In this document: positions 14,861 to 28,704 of the stretch, piece by piece | Position numbering within the stretch: position 1 is the first letter of the stretch | Layout: every line of letters starts with the position of its first letter | Assembly (NCBI RefSeq): GCF_006345805.1 | Contig: NC_043001.1 | Coordinates: 60,326,001-60,390,000, forward strand | Length of the DNA: 64,000 nucleotides | Direction: 5' to 3' | Source: Octopus sinensis | Lineage: Eukaryota | Translations under genes and position numbers: made by a program | The notes under the pieces: generated by a model | What the model was told of the DNA's origin: nothing | Databases searched by the model: none | What the model saw: the letters and a program-made list of their open reading frames with translations, nothing else

Positions 14861-16712
14861 TTCTTGTCTATGTGTTTTGTACATTTGATGTTCTGTATTA
14901 TTTATTCTTCATGTGGATAGCTGCGTAAAGATTTACTTTCGTTTAGCTTTAAATTTACTCTATGTATGGTTACCTCATTTGTGTTTCTTTCTTCTTAATG
15001 GGGTTTTATGTGCTTTGAGATATATTGTATCTGATGTGCAATTTTTGATTCATTGTAGACGATTAATTTGTTTTGTTTGGTGTATGTTTTATTGGTGTGC
15101 GTATTTTTACTTTTTTGATTTAGAGAATTTGTCGCAGGATATATCGTCGAAAGTTTGCTACTATATTTTGTGTGATATTTTTTCCTTAAGTCTTCACTAT
15201 TTTCCCCACATATCATATCCTATATGTTTCATTTATTAACCCTATGTATGTGGTATAGTGTTGCAATGTAGAATGCATATAGTACTTCAATGTAGCCGTC
15301 ATCTGTCAATCCTTCTCTTTTGGTTTTGCTTTCGTTAGGGCAGTAACATTAAGAGACGTGTCTGTCTGTTCAGTGTTAACTTTTTGACAGAACACCGTCT
15401 GGTTTCTTTAGGTTCCAGGAATGCCAGAGACACACATATCGAAATTGGCGTCTTGTTGTTTTTACCCTATGCTTTTCTCTGTTTTAAATGAAGCATGGTG
15501 CATTACTTATTCATTTATTTGTTAAGTTCTTTTATAAACTTTGTTCAATGATTTCTTTTGTTCACGTAAGTAAGTCTGTGCGTCTTTGCAAGTGAATTGT
15601 ATCGGCATTATATTGATGTATAAGCAATAAACAGTAGAGCATATATATGGGAATGCCTGTGTCATTAATTTAATAAGATTTATGTTCGTGCTCACAGTTT
15701 TGTGTACGGATATTGTAGCTCCACGTATTGTTTACATAGTTATACAGATGTTTTGCTGTGATAAGGTGTCTGGTAGAAATATGTTCAACGAATTTTAAGA
15801 GCGATGCTAATACAGCCATCAGGAAATATAGAACTGTCGAAGTGAGGTTCGCTTCAGAGAAAGAGGGCAAAAAGAACTCAACAGCAACTCTAGTGAGTGA
15901 CAAACTCATCTTCATCCCTATTTAACTTGTTCGAGGTGTGATTACGATAAAAATATAAAATATACCTCCACAAATCAATACCAGCTGGTTAGAGGCAGTT
16001 CTCTATGACATAGAAGAGAAAACAAGTATTCTGCAAATACGAAGAATACAGAAGCAGAAATGGTTAGGACGGTGTATGCAGTTGTGAATACATTCTGATC
16101 GGCTAAATGGCATGGTGATCCCGGAATTCATAACCCTGCCAAACGCCACAATGCCTTACGTGGCTGCTGAGAGTAGAAGGTTGAAGTATTATCTGTGATG
16201 GGACATAGTTCACTCCGAAGCATTTTTTCACAGCCAAAGAAACCAACTCTCCCGCCAGCAAAGCTACCACCACCATCACCACCACGACAACAACAACAAC
16301 AGTAGCAACAACAACATCAACAACAACAACACCACTACCAACAACAACAACAACAGCTGTAACAGCAAAACCAATTGCAACAAGAAATAGGGGATTTTAT
16401 TCAGAAATTAAATACGATTTTTACTCTAAAATGTTCTGCTTTAGCAATCTTGCTACATGAAAGGACACGATGTTTAATGTTTGTTCTGTTATGTGTTCGG
16501 ACGCCAGGAATGTTTTATCTTGCATTTATTTTATCAGCTATCATGGATTTTATATAGTTTGCTTATAATCTATAATTTTTTTTCAAATGTGTTACATGTT
16601 TGCGTCTTAAGGTTTTATATACCTTATCATAACCACATATAAAGTTAGTGCTCACACTCCACATTGTTTCACATGTGATGAGAAATAAATGTAATTAGAA
16701 CTACTACTACTG

Positions 16713-16815
<103 letters not shown>

Positions 16816-17950
16816 ATGGCGACGACGACGACGATGACGACAACTATATTGTGCAGGAGGGTCATGGCAGTTTGTTTCTCTGTAAATTTTGTAAAATCAC
16901 TCATGCTGTTTGTGAAGTTTAAACTACAGCTACCAACTTCATTGTCGATGACGAAATACAATTGTTCTCAACAGTGTTAAGACACCTCATAGTGAGACAC
17001 TAATCAAAACATATTCCGATAGTTCTTGCAAACATAACTAGCTTTATAAACAATAAAATAAAAGAGGCTTGTTTTGAAACAATAGCTATATGAAATGTTA
17101 TCTACTACATTTGATCGGCAGATGTTTAGTCACATTGTCAACAAGATAACCTTCAACAGTTACGACTGGGAGACTTGACTTTTACATATGATTGTGAAAA
17201 ATGACTTATTCTTTGTAGCTGAAAGTTATGTAAAGTAATTGGTGAGATTAAGTAACCTGAAACATGAATTCGTTAATTAACCATTTCTTCTTATCGAAGA
17301 GATTGTGATGTGTTGACATATTTATTCCCATAAATAGTATATGATTTCATTCACACATATACGCAAAGCAATGCAGTGTTTGTACATTCGTTAATACACC
17401 CGACCTCAGAAGTGATATTTCTGCAAGGAATTTTTTTCTCTAATAATATATGATCTTTGTAACACATGCACCTAACCGATTTGGTAACAGACACATACAC
17501 GCTTGAAATGACTAAACACGTATAAGTAGGCCCTTACATCGCAACGACGATGGAATCTGTACCACCAAGCTGTCTCATTCATAAACGTAAAATACATAAC
17601 ATATATCATACACACTCGTTCATGAACTCATTTCCTATATATATCTATGTCTGTGCGTGCATGTGTGTGTCTGTGTTTGAGTGTTAGTGTGTATACAGAG
17701 AGAGAGGTGGATAGAGGGTAAGAGAGAGAGAGAATATACACGCATATATATATATATATAATATATATATATATATAATATATATATATATATACCAATT
17801 AAGGACTGAACACGAAAAGTGGACAGTCAACATGCTAGATATAGACGTCAAATCGCCATTCTCCACAAAGATTATGTTCTCAAAATAAAATTCAGCACAA
17901 ACCAAAGCAATAAATAAGACAAATGAAAATATACGAAATGAAATAATCAC

Positions 17951-18013
17951 CTATGTACCGATCAGTTTCAGTTATTAATATCCGCAAGGATATCTGTAAC
18001 TTCGTCAGCATAG
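17951..18013 (-). ncRNA. type I hammerhead ribozyme motif, intact core
   Basis: CTATG-CTGACGA-[AGTTA..GATATCC TTGC GGATATT..TAACT]-GAAA-CTGATCG-GTA^-CATAG. Confidence 0.88.
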
Positions 18014-18457
18014 TCTGTTATGAACATAATTTGCTGGACTAGATGTAAAAAACGATACCGGAGTGCCGCATGCATAAAGTACAACCGATTAAGTTCGAAT
18101 GTATCTTTCAAATGCCTTTACTTTGGCGCGCTGAGACTCGAAAAACCAGCCAGCAGCTAATAATTAGCAGCAGTCAATTTAACAGTTTAAGAACATATAT
18201 TTTATATTAAAATTAATTAAGGGTAGAAATTGATATTAGTCAATTAAAACCAGTGGACTAGCATATTAAAAAGAATCCGAAGATTAAAATATTTATATAT
18301 ACCAATGAAGGACTGAACACGAAAAGTGGACAGTCAACATGCTAGATATAGACGTCAAATCGCCATTCTCCACAAAGATTATGTTCTCAAAATAAAATTC
18401 AGCACAAACCAAAGCAGTAAATAAGACAAATGAAAATATACGAAATGAAATAATCAC

Positions 18458-18520
18458 CTATGTACCGATCAGTTTCAGTTATTAATATCCGCAAGGATAT
18501 CTGTAACTTCGTCAGCATAG
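18458..18520 (-). ncRNA. type I hammerhead ribozyme motif, second tandem copy
   Basis: Identical in sequence to 17951-18013. Confidence 0.88.
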
Positions 18521-18759
18521 TCTGTTATGAACATAATTTGCTGGACTAGATGCAAAAAACGATACCGGAGTGCCGCATGCATAAAGTACAACCGATTAAG
18601 TTCGAATGTATCTTTCAAATGCCTTTACTTTGGCGCGCTGAGACTCGAAAAACCAGCCAGCAGCTAATAAGTAGCAGCAGTCAATTTATCGGTTTAAGAA
18701 CATATATTTTATATTAAAATTAATTAAGGGTAGAAATTGATATTAGTCAATTAAAACCA

Positions 18760-19247
18760 TCATAAAAAGCAAGAGACAACCGAAATCTATGAAAAGTCTC
18801 CTAACGCTCAACAACACAGAAGCCGACAGTAAAAAAATGTGGAGGACCCAATTGTGGGATATGCGATTATCTAATTGAGGAATCAGAGTTCTCCTTCAAA
18901 CAGGGACAACGTTTCACTGTGAAAAGCAACTTCACATGTGCTTCGGAGAACCTGATACACATTAACCTGTTCTGGGTGTCAAGAGCAATACATAGGCCAA
19001 ACAAAAAATAGTTTACGTAAAAGAATGGTCCTACACAGATCCCAGATAAAAAATCCCCAAAATAGAAAAATAGCATTCAGCCAACACATAGACATTTGCG
19101 CCAACTTCAGGATTTTCCCCCTCTACCAATTGAGGGACGATACAACCTGGAGCCAACGAATTAGTAAAGAAACTCTCTTTATTACAAAATACAGGCCCCC
19201 TCTGAACGCGTCTACGACAAAGAACATATCCACCTCACCATCATCAC

Positions 19248-19310
<63 letters not shown>

Positions 19311-19326
19311 AATCATCATCATCACC

Positions 19327-19386
<60 letters not shown>

Positions 19387-19800
19387 TTCTTCTTCTTCTC
19401 CTTCTTCTTCCTTCGCCTTCCTAACTGTATCACTAATGCGTTTTAGAATAACACCTACGCAAATTCTATAAACAAAACATTCATGACCATTAAAAATACT
19501 ACAATCATGGTAATCCCAAATTCTTCTTCCTCTTCCCTCCTTCTTCCTCTTCCCTCCTTCTTCCTCTTCCCTACCAAGAATTCACAACGACCTCGAACCC
19601 ACAAGAGTAAACAAGAGAGACAGAGACAGGCAGAAACAAGGAAAATGCCACTTATATTTCAAAACTATACAAATATTCTTTTAAAAAAACTTTTCTTTTA
19701 ATTTTTCTAAATTTAATTATTTGCAGTTGAAAAAGTCTCAATGACTAAAACCGGTACAGAAATGTTCTTTATAAAATTATTTTAGCATATGTTCTTAAAA
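18760..19800 (+). mobile_element. 5'-truncated Penelope-like element (Neptune-like): GIY-YIG endonuclease, (ATC)n tract and 3' UTR
   Basis: KKCGGPNCGICDYL..FTCASENLI..CSGCQEQYIGQTKNSLRKRM..KETLFITKYRPPLN; same family as 57580-60125. Confidence 0.88.
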
Positions 19801-19890
19801 TTTAAATCCACATCTTTGTCTGTATATCTACCTTCTCTATAATGTTGTCACTTGATTTGAAAATTTTTGTATTAATGGAAGACCTCTATA

Positions 19891-19978
19891 ATTGGCTGAT
19901 GAGTACTCAGCATCTTAAATCTGTTGTAATACTTACAACATTTAATAAAATGATGTAGTACGAAACGATCGTACCAAA
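19891..19978 (+). ncRNA. type I hammerhead ribozyme motif with extended stem II
   Basis: TTGG-CTGATGA-GTACT..AGTAC-GAAA-C GATC-GTA^-CCAA; stem II carries the hairpin TGTTGTAA tac TTACAACA. Confidence 0.85.
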
Positions 19979-20109
19979 TTACCGGAGTCATTCTTGTTGC
20001 TTATTTTGATTTTAATCATCCCACGGATTTTTATGGATAAGACCATACAAAATTCTGGTGCATCTAAATTAAGTACCATATTCATTTGAATCTAAATTTT
20101 TACTGAACT

Positions 20110-20140
<31 letters not shown>

Positions 20141-20490
20141 TTTATGTTTTATTTTTTTATTTTATCTAGTTTCAGCTCACGAGCTGTGGCCATGCTGGGG
20201 CACCGATATATATATTATCATCATCAATATTTGGTCTGCTGTATTACCTAATAGGTCCGCATATCACATCTCAAGGTATATCATTTTCTCTGTTGAAATA
20301 ATGATTATGTCACATAAACACAAATTTAATGCATAACTACGTAAGTAAATTACTGAATATTTATTGAAACGGCTGTAAGAATTAAAGATGATCAATTTGT
20401 TAATAGTAAGTAATTAGTAACATTCTACTCTTCATTTACTATTGTTCACTTAAATATACATAGATACATGCATATATTTGTAAATATATG

Positions 20491-20561
<71 letters not shown>

Positions 20562-20575
20562 TATATATTCTGTTA

Positions 20576-20955
20576 TTCTTTTACTTGTTTCAGTCGTTTG
20601 ACTGCGGCAATGCTGGAGCACCGGCTTTAGTCGAAGAAATCCACCTCAGAACCTATTCTCCGTAAACCTACTACTTATTTTCTCGGTCTTTTGCTGAAAT
20701 GCTAAGTTACATAGCCGTGAACTCACCGCCGTCGATTGTCAAGTGATAGTAGGAGGACAAGCACAGACACACAAACATATGCATATATATACGACGCGCT
20801 TCTTTCAATTTCGATCTCCTAATTCCATTAATAAGGATTTGATCGCTCGAGGCTATAGCAAAAGACACTTGCCCAAAGTGTCACGCAGTCGGACCGAACC
20901 CTGAACCATGTGGTTGGGAAGCAATCTTCTTACTCCACAGCCACACCATCGTCCT
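20576..20955 (-). mobile_element. octopus-type tRNA-derived SINE, degenerate
   Basis: Same tail and gacacttgcccaa domain as 13369. Confidence 0.85.
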
Positions 20956-20998
20956 CGTAAATATATATGCACACACATACACACACACACACACGGAG

Positions 20999-21038
<40 letters not shown>

Positions 21039-21041
21039 ACA

Positions 21042-21105
<64 letters not shown>

Positions 21106-21112
<7 letters not shown>

Positions 21113-21213
21113 ATTGAAAACACCGGTTCTCGTCCGATCACCGAATTTAAGCAACGTCAAGCCTAGTGAGTAATTAGATGGGTGACCGCTTCTGAAATCT
21201 AGGTGTGTAAACC
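21106..21213 (+). pseudogene. 5S rRNA pseudogene, 5'-truncated
   Basis: atatcacattgaaaacaccggttctcgtccgatcaccgaatttaagcaacgtc..gatgggtgaccgc matches mollusc-type 5S; substitutions in the 3' half. Confidence 0.9.
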
Positions 21214-21226
21214 TCTCACACTAATA

Positions 21227-21595
21227 GGCGCAGGAGTGGCTTGCTTACCAGGTTCAGTCATACTGTGTGACACCTTGGGCAAGTGTCTTCTACTATAGCA
21301 TCGGGCTGACCAAAGTTTTGTGAGTGGTTTTGCTTGACGGAACCTGAAAGAAACTAGACTTATATATACGTGCATGTGTGTGTATATGTTTGTGTGTGTG
21401 TTTGTCCACCTTACATCGCTTGAAATCAGTGCTGTTCTGTTTACGTCCCCGTAACTTAGCGGTTCGGCAAAAGAGACCGATATAATGAGAACTAGATTTA
21501 CAAAGAATAAATCCCGTGGTCAATTTACTTGACTAAAGGCTGTACTCCAGCTTGACCGCAGTCAAATAACTGAAAAAAATAAAAGAATAAAAGAC
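21227..21595 (+). mobile_element. octopus-type tRNA-derived SINE
   Basis: ggcgcaggagtggct head, cttgggcaagtgtcttc domain, aaaagaataaaaga tail. Confidence 0.88.
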
Positions 21596-21679
21596 TATAT
21601 ATATGTGTGTGTGTGAATGTGTGTGTATGTATGTATATACATACACACATACATACATACACACATACGTACATACATA

Positions 21680-21840
21680 CATGCGATGGGTTTCTCTCAG
21701 TTGCTATCTACCAAATTCACTCGAACGGGTTTGGTCGGACCGAGGCATTACAAAATTTGCATGACCTCGGTGCCACGTAGTGGGACACTGAACAATGTGT
21801 TTGGTAAGCAAACGTGTTATCACAAAGCCATGCCTCCGCC
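21680..21840 (-). mobile_element. SINE 5' fragment
   Basis: ggtgccacgtagtgggacactgaacaatgtgtttggtaagc resembles the SINE head. Confidence 0.65.
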
Positions 21841-24800
21841 TGTATGTGTGTGTTCTGTTTGTGTGTGTATGCGCGTGTGAGTGTATTCTGTCTGTGTGTG
21901 TGTGTTTGTGTTTGTGTATGTGTATGTGTGTGTGTGTGTTTGTGTGTTGGTATGTATGTGTAAATGTATATATCATAATTAAAAGTAAAATCTTGTGAGA
22001 AAAAATAATTCAAAGACAGAAGCCACAAGAAATATTTCATTTATTACATGTTAACAACTTATTTAACGAAATAAAATCTGACTGGTAATGATAACTTTGC
22101 ACAGTAGTCCAAAATTGATCATTATATTTCTATATTCTGTTCTAATTGGTTGTTATTAAGTGTAACTAAATATATATTAGTTTTGCTTTAACTGCATCAG
22201 TATCGTGAATATTAACCCTATGTCGTCAGAACATATAATACCTATAAATGTAAATGCCTTCGGGGGTACACATGTATATATTTCCGTACTTTCTAGACAA
22301 CTGCAAGAAGGATACTGAAATAGCGAGAGATAACATGATATCTTTTTCTCAGGAACACATGTACTTCAAACTGATTTGTCAGTTGTGCGTTTACGGTCAC
22401 GATACACGTGATATTCTTGTATAGAACTCTTGTAATTCACAAAATCAGGGATATTTTCTTTTTTTTTATATCGCTTCCAAACAGTCATTCGTCAAATCAA
22501 CCTTGCATTTAAGGTGATGACTGCGACATGTAAGCGCAATTATTGTTCTTTTTCTATCTCTATCTGACTACCAAACAGATATGTAAAATTAATTTTCGCC
22601 ATGTCTCCTTTGCCTTGAGGTTTTATTTCCGTTCATGTTAAAAAAAAAGGTGAGGTTGAAATTGATTAGTGTAGGTGTAAGATTCTCTTTCCTATCAAGA
22701 ATTGTTTAGAAGATGGACATATTGAAAATTTGGGATTTTCGGTAAAATAATTCTAAATATAGATGAAATGAAGTGTAACACCAGTATATGCAGTGTTTGG
22801 AAGATTGAGGACATGTGGACAATGCGGTGACATGAATCATTTGAAATGTAATGCTTATTGTTTATACAAGTCATGCAATTACGTGAATGAAATAGAAAAT
22901 CTCCTTCAGTGAAAGCTCTTCACTACAGGTCAAACATTTCCCCAAATAATGAGGAAGAGACTGATAGAGTTTTGCCAACTAACAAGAATTACAGTACATA
23001 ACTGAATATTGTCAGTGGACCTTCAAGATTTTCTAAATCACAGAAAGTGTGGAAGACAGAATTGACGGAGCTTTGAGATCTTTGACAACACAGTGAAATT
23101 CCTGGCAACAGCGTAGAGCAGTGCAGCTAGGTAAAGGATTTAACTTTCGTCTAATGTTCAAGAAAAATGATAAGCTCCAGAGAATGAGGCTCAAAGAACA
23201 AAGAGAAAGGCTTTAGTTATTTCGTGAAAAGTATTTATTTCTCTATATTTGTATTGTATATATTTTTATAGTGTGTTTTCGAACACATACTTTTTAAAAA
23301 GTTTTGATACCCTTTAATACATTTATTGAGGTCATAATTTAATCAGAATCTACGAAAAGTTTACCCTCGTAAATTATATTCCTTTTATTTGAGTCAAGTA
23401 GGACCTTACGAATTTATTGAATATTGCAAAATTTTATATATTCCGCTTATATGTTTCATTGACTTTTTCATTTTATGAGTGTCATAAATTAATTAGGTTT
23501 CATATTCAGTTGGTAATTATAGAATGAGCGTCCAATGTAAAAAAATTACCTTTTTCTGATATTTAGAAGAATGACAATAATGTAAGATACACAGTAATAT
23601 GTATTTGAAAATGTTAGATTAAATAAAAATACTTAAAATTAAAAATAAGTTTTTAAGTGAAAAAAACCTTCTGTATCAACTTTAAACAAAACATCTTTGA
23701 TACATCGGCTAAAATGAAAATATGTGTGTCAGCAAGAACCATCAGATGCAACAAAATTAAAATGAATAACGTACGCTCATGAATATTGTTTCCAGCATCT
23801 ATAACATAAAAAATTTCCCAAGTTTATTGCCGGGAAGAAGAAACGCCAGTCAAAATAATAAAGTTTTAAATTTACTGGGACAGTTCATGTAATTCAACTC
23901 ATTTACATATATTCGGTAAATGAACCTCTCAGCCTAGGATATGTTAGGCTGAAGTTCTTATTCCTATGTTTTATAAATATATTTTGAAAAGTTGTGTATT
24001 CAAACACAATAATATATCTCTCGCTATACTAGCTTATTTGCACGATTTGACCTAGGAATTTCTAGATTATAATCTTTCCTTATCTTTATCTCACTTCTGA
24101 GTTCATTTACTAATTTGTAATAATGAATCACGGAGTGAACATTTGGAAGTAGTCTAAAGGAGCCGCGTGATATAATTTGTAAGCAAACATGAATAAACGT
24201 GGAAAGATTTCTACAATTGCAAGCGTGTAACCTCAAATACTATTGAATACGACGGGAAATAAATGTGTAAAATATCTACAGACACTCACCACGGGTATAT
24301 TTATATATAGCTTCTCCAATCTTGTTTTTATACAAAACGAACAACTCATTTTCTATCATTTCTTATTTTCCTTTTTTTTTCATATTTTCGTTGCTAATCA
24401 TTTCATCAATTAACAAACACTGCATCATACTATTCATAAGAGTTTTTCACATTCCACAAATTAAACTTTTCTCAATAATAGCAGTACAGCCATTGACTAT
24501 TTTCTGTATGAACTAATCAACCAAGCATTTTCCGGTCGCGGACACAATTGAATTGCTTGGCAGATTTTTAACGTTTGCTTCCAGAAATCTATGACACATT
24601 GTCTATTTATTTTATTTCATTCCCCAAAGCATTTTTCATTTCAATAGAATTATTTATTTATTTAAGTTTTCGGCTTACCAACAATATTAGCATCGTCGAT
24701 TCTTCTGATTATTTGTGATATTATCAGAATTGTTGTTAATATCAGCTTAATTTAAATACGCCATATCTATTATTTGGTAGATTGAGTATATATTGGCGTT

Positions 24801-25374
24801 TTATTTTTCACAATGTAGATTCAGAAATATTCGGCTTTTAAAATACAAGAGCTAGGCATAGATACTTGCAACCAGAAAAAAGAATTACCTTTTGGAATGT
24901 GGAATAGTGAATACAAAATATTAAACTTCATTCTTGTGATGGTAAGAATCAAGCGAATATATAAATATAATTCTCCTGTAAAGAGAGTGCACACAGGGCT
25001 CATAATGCTTTTTGTTTTTCTTTTCATTTTGATATATTTTAAAATTCAGATTCAAAGTTGACATTGATTTTTATCATTCTGGTGTGCATCACTAAAATGC
25101 AGAATTGAATTACATACCATAAAAATAAATTTAAACAGTTCAAATAAATGTGATAGTATTACCAAAGAAAACAATTATAGCTATAGTCTGTGGTCATTCA
25201 TTGCCTTACGTCATAGTTCTTTTGTAATATGTCATTGATATATTTAAATAATAAACTCACTTTATGCATCAGATTGGAAAAATACGTCACTTATGCACAA
25301 TTATGTAGCAAATTATGTGAGATAAAAAGCATGTGAGATAAAAGTGAAAACTGACACGTACAGTCACACATACG

Positions 25375-25448
<74 letters not shown>

Positions 25449-25526
25449 CATATTAGGATTGTGACTTATTGACTTTTTTGAAAGTAAACAATTTCCTGTA
25501 TCAAAGTGGATGACCAATTTTATATT

Positions 25527-28052
25527 AGTAGGAAAAATAACGTTTATTTTGAGATACTTTAAAAAACATCACCCCAACTGAACAGATCTAACGCCACTTT
25601 TGATCCAAGTCATGCAAAATACAAGGGGATTCATAATGCCTACTCAAGTTTTGAGCAAACTTGGTGTGCTGAGCTAAAGCAATGCAGATGCATTTTAGCT
25701 TTCAAATTTAAGTAGTCAAGGAGTTATAGAATTTTTTATTTGTTACCACTTCTGGAAATATACTCTTCCTCTCTTTTCTTTTTTATTTTTGTGACGCTGA
25801 AAAATCAGACTATATTAACTGTTTCTCAGAATAGTAGGCTTATCCAACTAGAGTATCTAAAATCATGTCTTATAAGAGAAGTGCTTGTGTCATTCAAAGA
25901 AACAAAAACATATGAACGAAGAATCACGTACAATTTCAAGACTCACGCAGGAAAAGAAGACCTGTTACGCTAGAAGTGCATTCTTTGGAAAACAACTGCA
26001 GAATACCAATGAAACTACAAGTTGTGGATTGCTTCCTGTTCCTTGGAGTTACCATCAAAGGAAGGAAAGAGAAACAAAGGAAATTTCGAAAGAAGTAATT
26101 TTTTTATGGCAAAAGAAATTAAATTTCCCATATTTATCAATTCAAAATGTACAAGACAATGTCGAAAAAGTGCTGAATACCTACAATAAATGCGTAAAAC
26201 GAAGAAAATACGATTCATTGAAAGGAATGTTTGACATCACAAAGGAGAATGGTGAATGGCTGTGCAGTGAGGAGAGTAGGTTTTATTGTCTTCAATTTAA
26301 AAGCAAGGGACATGTTTGGTATGGACCTGAAAAGGCAACCAGTTCCAAAACCATCCACCCATCCAATAGACGAAAAGTGTCCTTAATGACAACATCAGCC
26401 AGAGCAACTCTAGTGTCATCATCAACGTCTGAAACTGAGACTGAAAGTGAATATGAAGAGACCGAAAAATCAGATGAAGAATCCACAAAAACAAGGAGGA
26501 AGTATAGCAAAACTGGAACAGCAACCAAGTTAGTAATATCATGAAAGCTATAAGCCCGAAAAGTAGCAAAATTTTGTTGAAAATTATCTCAAGATGGAAT
26601 CAATGTCGAGAATCATTCCCAATCTGATATTTACATATCGACTATCAGATAAGCTGTTAAATTTTGATGGCAAACGTATTGATGACCAAGAATACAAAGT
26701 ATACCAAGTGCTAGTTTTAAAGAAAACACAGAGAGATTTGGAATAACAGCTGTTTTAGATTAATACCATTTATGGAATTGTGTAAAGATGACTGTCACTG
26801 ATACGACGAGTGTAAACACTGGGAAAGGAAATTGCATGGTCGTTCAGTTACAAAGACTGTTTTCTCAAAAGATTTTCAAAGAACTGCAATTTATTGGTTG
26901 TCAACATCATATCCTTGACAGAGTTCTTGTTGAAATGGATAATGAACTTAGAGAAAAAGTCACCTCTCAATATTGAATATGTATTTATCCCGGAGCTTCT
27001 AAGTAATTACGAGAAACTCCAGGTTAATTTCAACAATGGTAGGGGAAATATTACTGAATCAGCAGGGTGGCGAGATGACATGAAATTTCTATTTCATTTG
27101 ACCAGACATTTTCGTTTCTTCGAAGAAACCAGAAAATTTCCTACTGTAATGTTTAAAAAAATACTCAACTGAAGTAATGCAAGGGGGAATTCTCGAGCAA
27201 TACTAGCTCTTTTGACATTTATTCTTTCACCAGAGAGAAGAGTTTGTCGATTAATCTCTTACCTCTGGGCAGATGTTTGGTTTACCAACCAAATGTTCAA
27301 TGCCCATGACTTTCAGAAGTTATGTAGTAGCCTGCAAGTTCATAAAGAAAGCATTGAACTCTGTAAAAACGTTTGGAGTTGAGAACCATTAAAACTGGAA
27401 ATACCCAGAACAAATCAGAGTGCAGAACGGACAATAAAGTGCCTTCAAAGTCTTTAGGATATTTGTAAAAAGAAGAAGAAACTTCAGCTTCGATTTATTC
27501 TATCAAACTTATTAATTCGTTTATATGTTTAAAAATTTTCTAATATTCAGTATCCTTTTTCTTATACAGTTATTTGAAATTAGAATTAAACCTATAAATT
27601 TAAAAATACATATTACTTTTACTTTTGTATGTTATCGAGTGCTTTGTAAGTTATCGAACGCCTCTGTCTTAAAATAGCCTAGCTCTGAACATTTGCATAG
27701 AGCAATATCAGCTCAATAATCTTTAAAATGTATAAATACACCTTGATTCCACATCTCTCTTGCATTTACAAGTTTTTAGGCAGCGAAAATACTGAAGTGT
27801 GAATCTAGTGCTACCTAGTGATTATAGTTTAAGAAGCCCATAGCTCCGAAACTACTTCAACTAGAAAGCTAAAATTTCAGATATACTATTTCTGCATTGC
27901 ATTGAGTCAGCACACTAAGTTTGGTAAAATGTGGAGCAGGCGTTATGAAATCCTCTAGAATTTTGCATAATTTGTGTCAAATGTGGTGATCGATTTCTTA
28001 AGCCGGGTGCTTTGTTTTCCAAATAAAGTAAAATAAATGTTAGTGTCCTACT
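25527..28052 (+). mobile_element. degenerate hAT-like DNA transposon with long imperfect TIRs
   Basis: Fragmented transposase (ORFs 25885-26544, 26788-26976, 26894-27172) with DGKR, DTTSVNTG and GCQHHILD motifs. ~200-bp inverted ends starting AGTAGG/ending CCTACT (e.g. aaacttggtgtgctgag vs gagtcagcacactaagttt). Confidence 0.8.
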
Positions 28053-28109
28053 TTTATGAAATTATTCATTGAAATTTTGTGAGGGGAATGACTTCTTAAT
28101 CGCTAGCCA

Positions 28110-28660
28110 GTGACTAACACAACTGAAGACGGGTAACCACATAGAAAATCGGGTATGAGTGTATCACGTAAGACTAAAGATGGGAGCGATGTCCACCCTC
28201 GCAAATAATAATCGGAGACTATGTGTCGTTAATCAGCTAGAGGAGGTGTTTTCCTGGGGCTAAAATCAACAGTAACGCTATCCTCTAAAGGACGGCCACA
28301 TTAAGTTGGCAGATATATTTTACGATTCCGTAATGTTTATCTCTCGATCAGAGATTTAATATAACTTATCTCACTTTTAGCAACAGTGAGACGCTATAAA
28401 AAGGATATAGTATTTTGCGAATGGAATGAGTTCTTCATCTCACTAGCCTGTGATTATATACACTGAAGACGGGTAACCACCTAGACACTCAGGTCTGTGT
28501 GTATCATGTAAGGCTAGAGATGGGGGTGATGGTTTCTCTCGTAAATACTAATCGGACACATATTGTATGTCGATGACCAGGTGGAGGAGATGTCTTCCTG
28601 GGGTTAAAACCAAGAATAAAACTGTCCTCTATAGGACCACCACATTTAGTTGGCAAACAT
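28110..28660 (+). repeat. diverged tandem pair (340-bp period), each starting with a decayed hammerhead-like motif
   Basis: ctgaagacgggtaaccac at 28123 and 28463 with colinear downstream similarity. Confidence 0.8.
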
Positions 28661-28704
28661 ATATATATATTGGGGTAATGAGTATACATGAATTAGTGTG
28701 CTGA

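Larger units (their letters stand above)
17796..18760 (-). mobile_element. (TA)n-anchored tandem of 507-bp units, one hammerhead per unit (PLE pLTR/retrozyme-like)
   Basis: The unit at 17796 restarts at ~18303; the copies differ by a handful of substitutions. Confidence 0.9.

Noticed and set aside
22790-23200. CGQCGDMNHLKC zinc-knuckle-like reading
   Set aside because: Short, surrounded by stops and without supporting motifs
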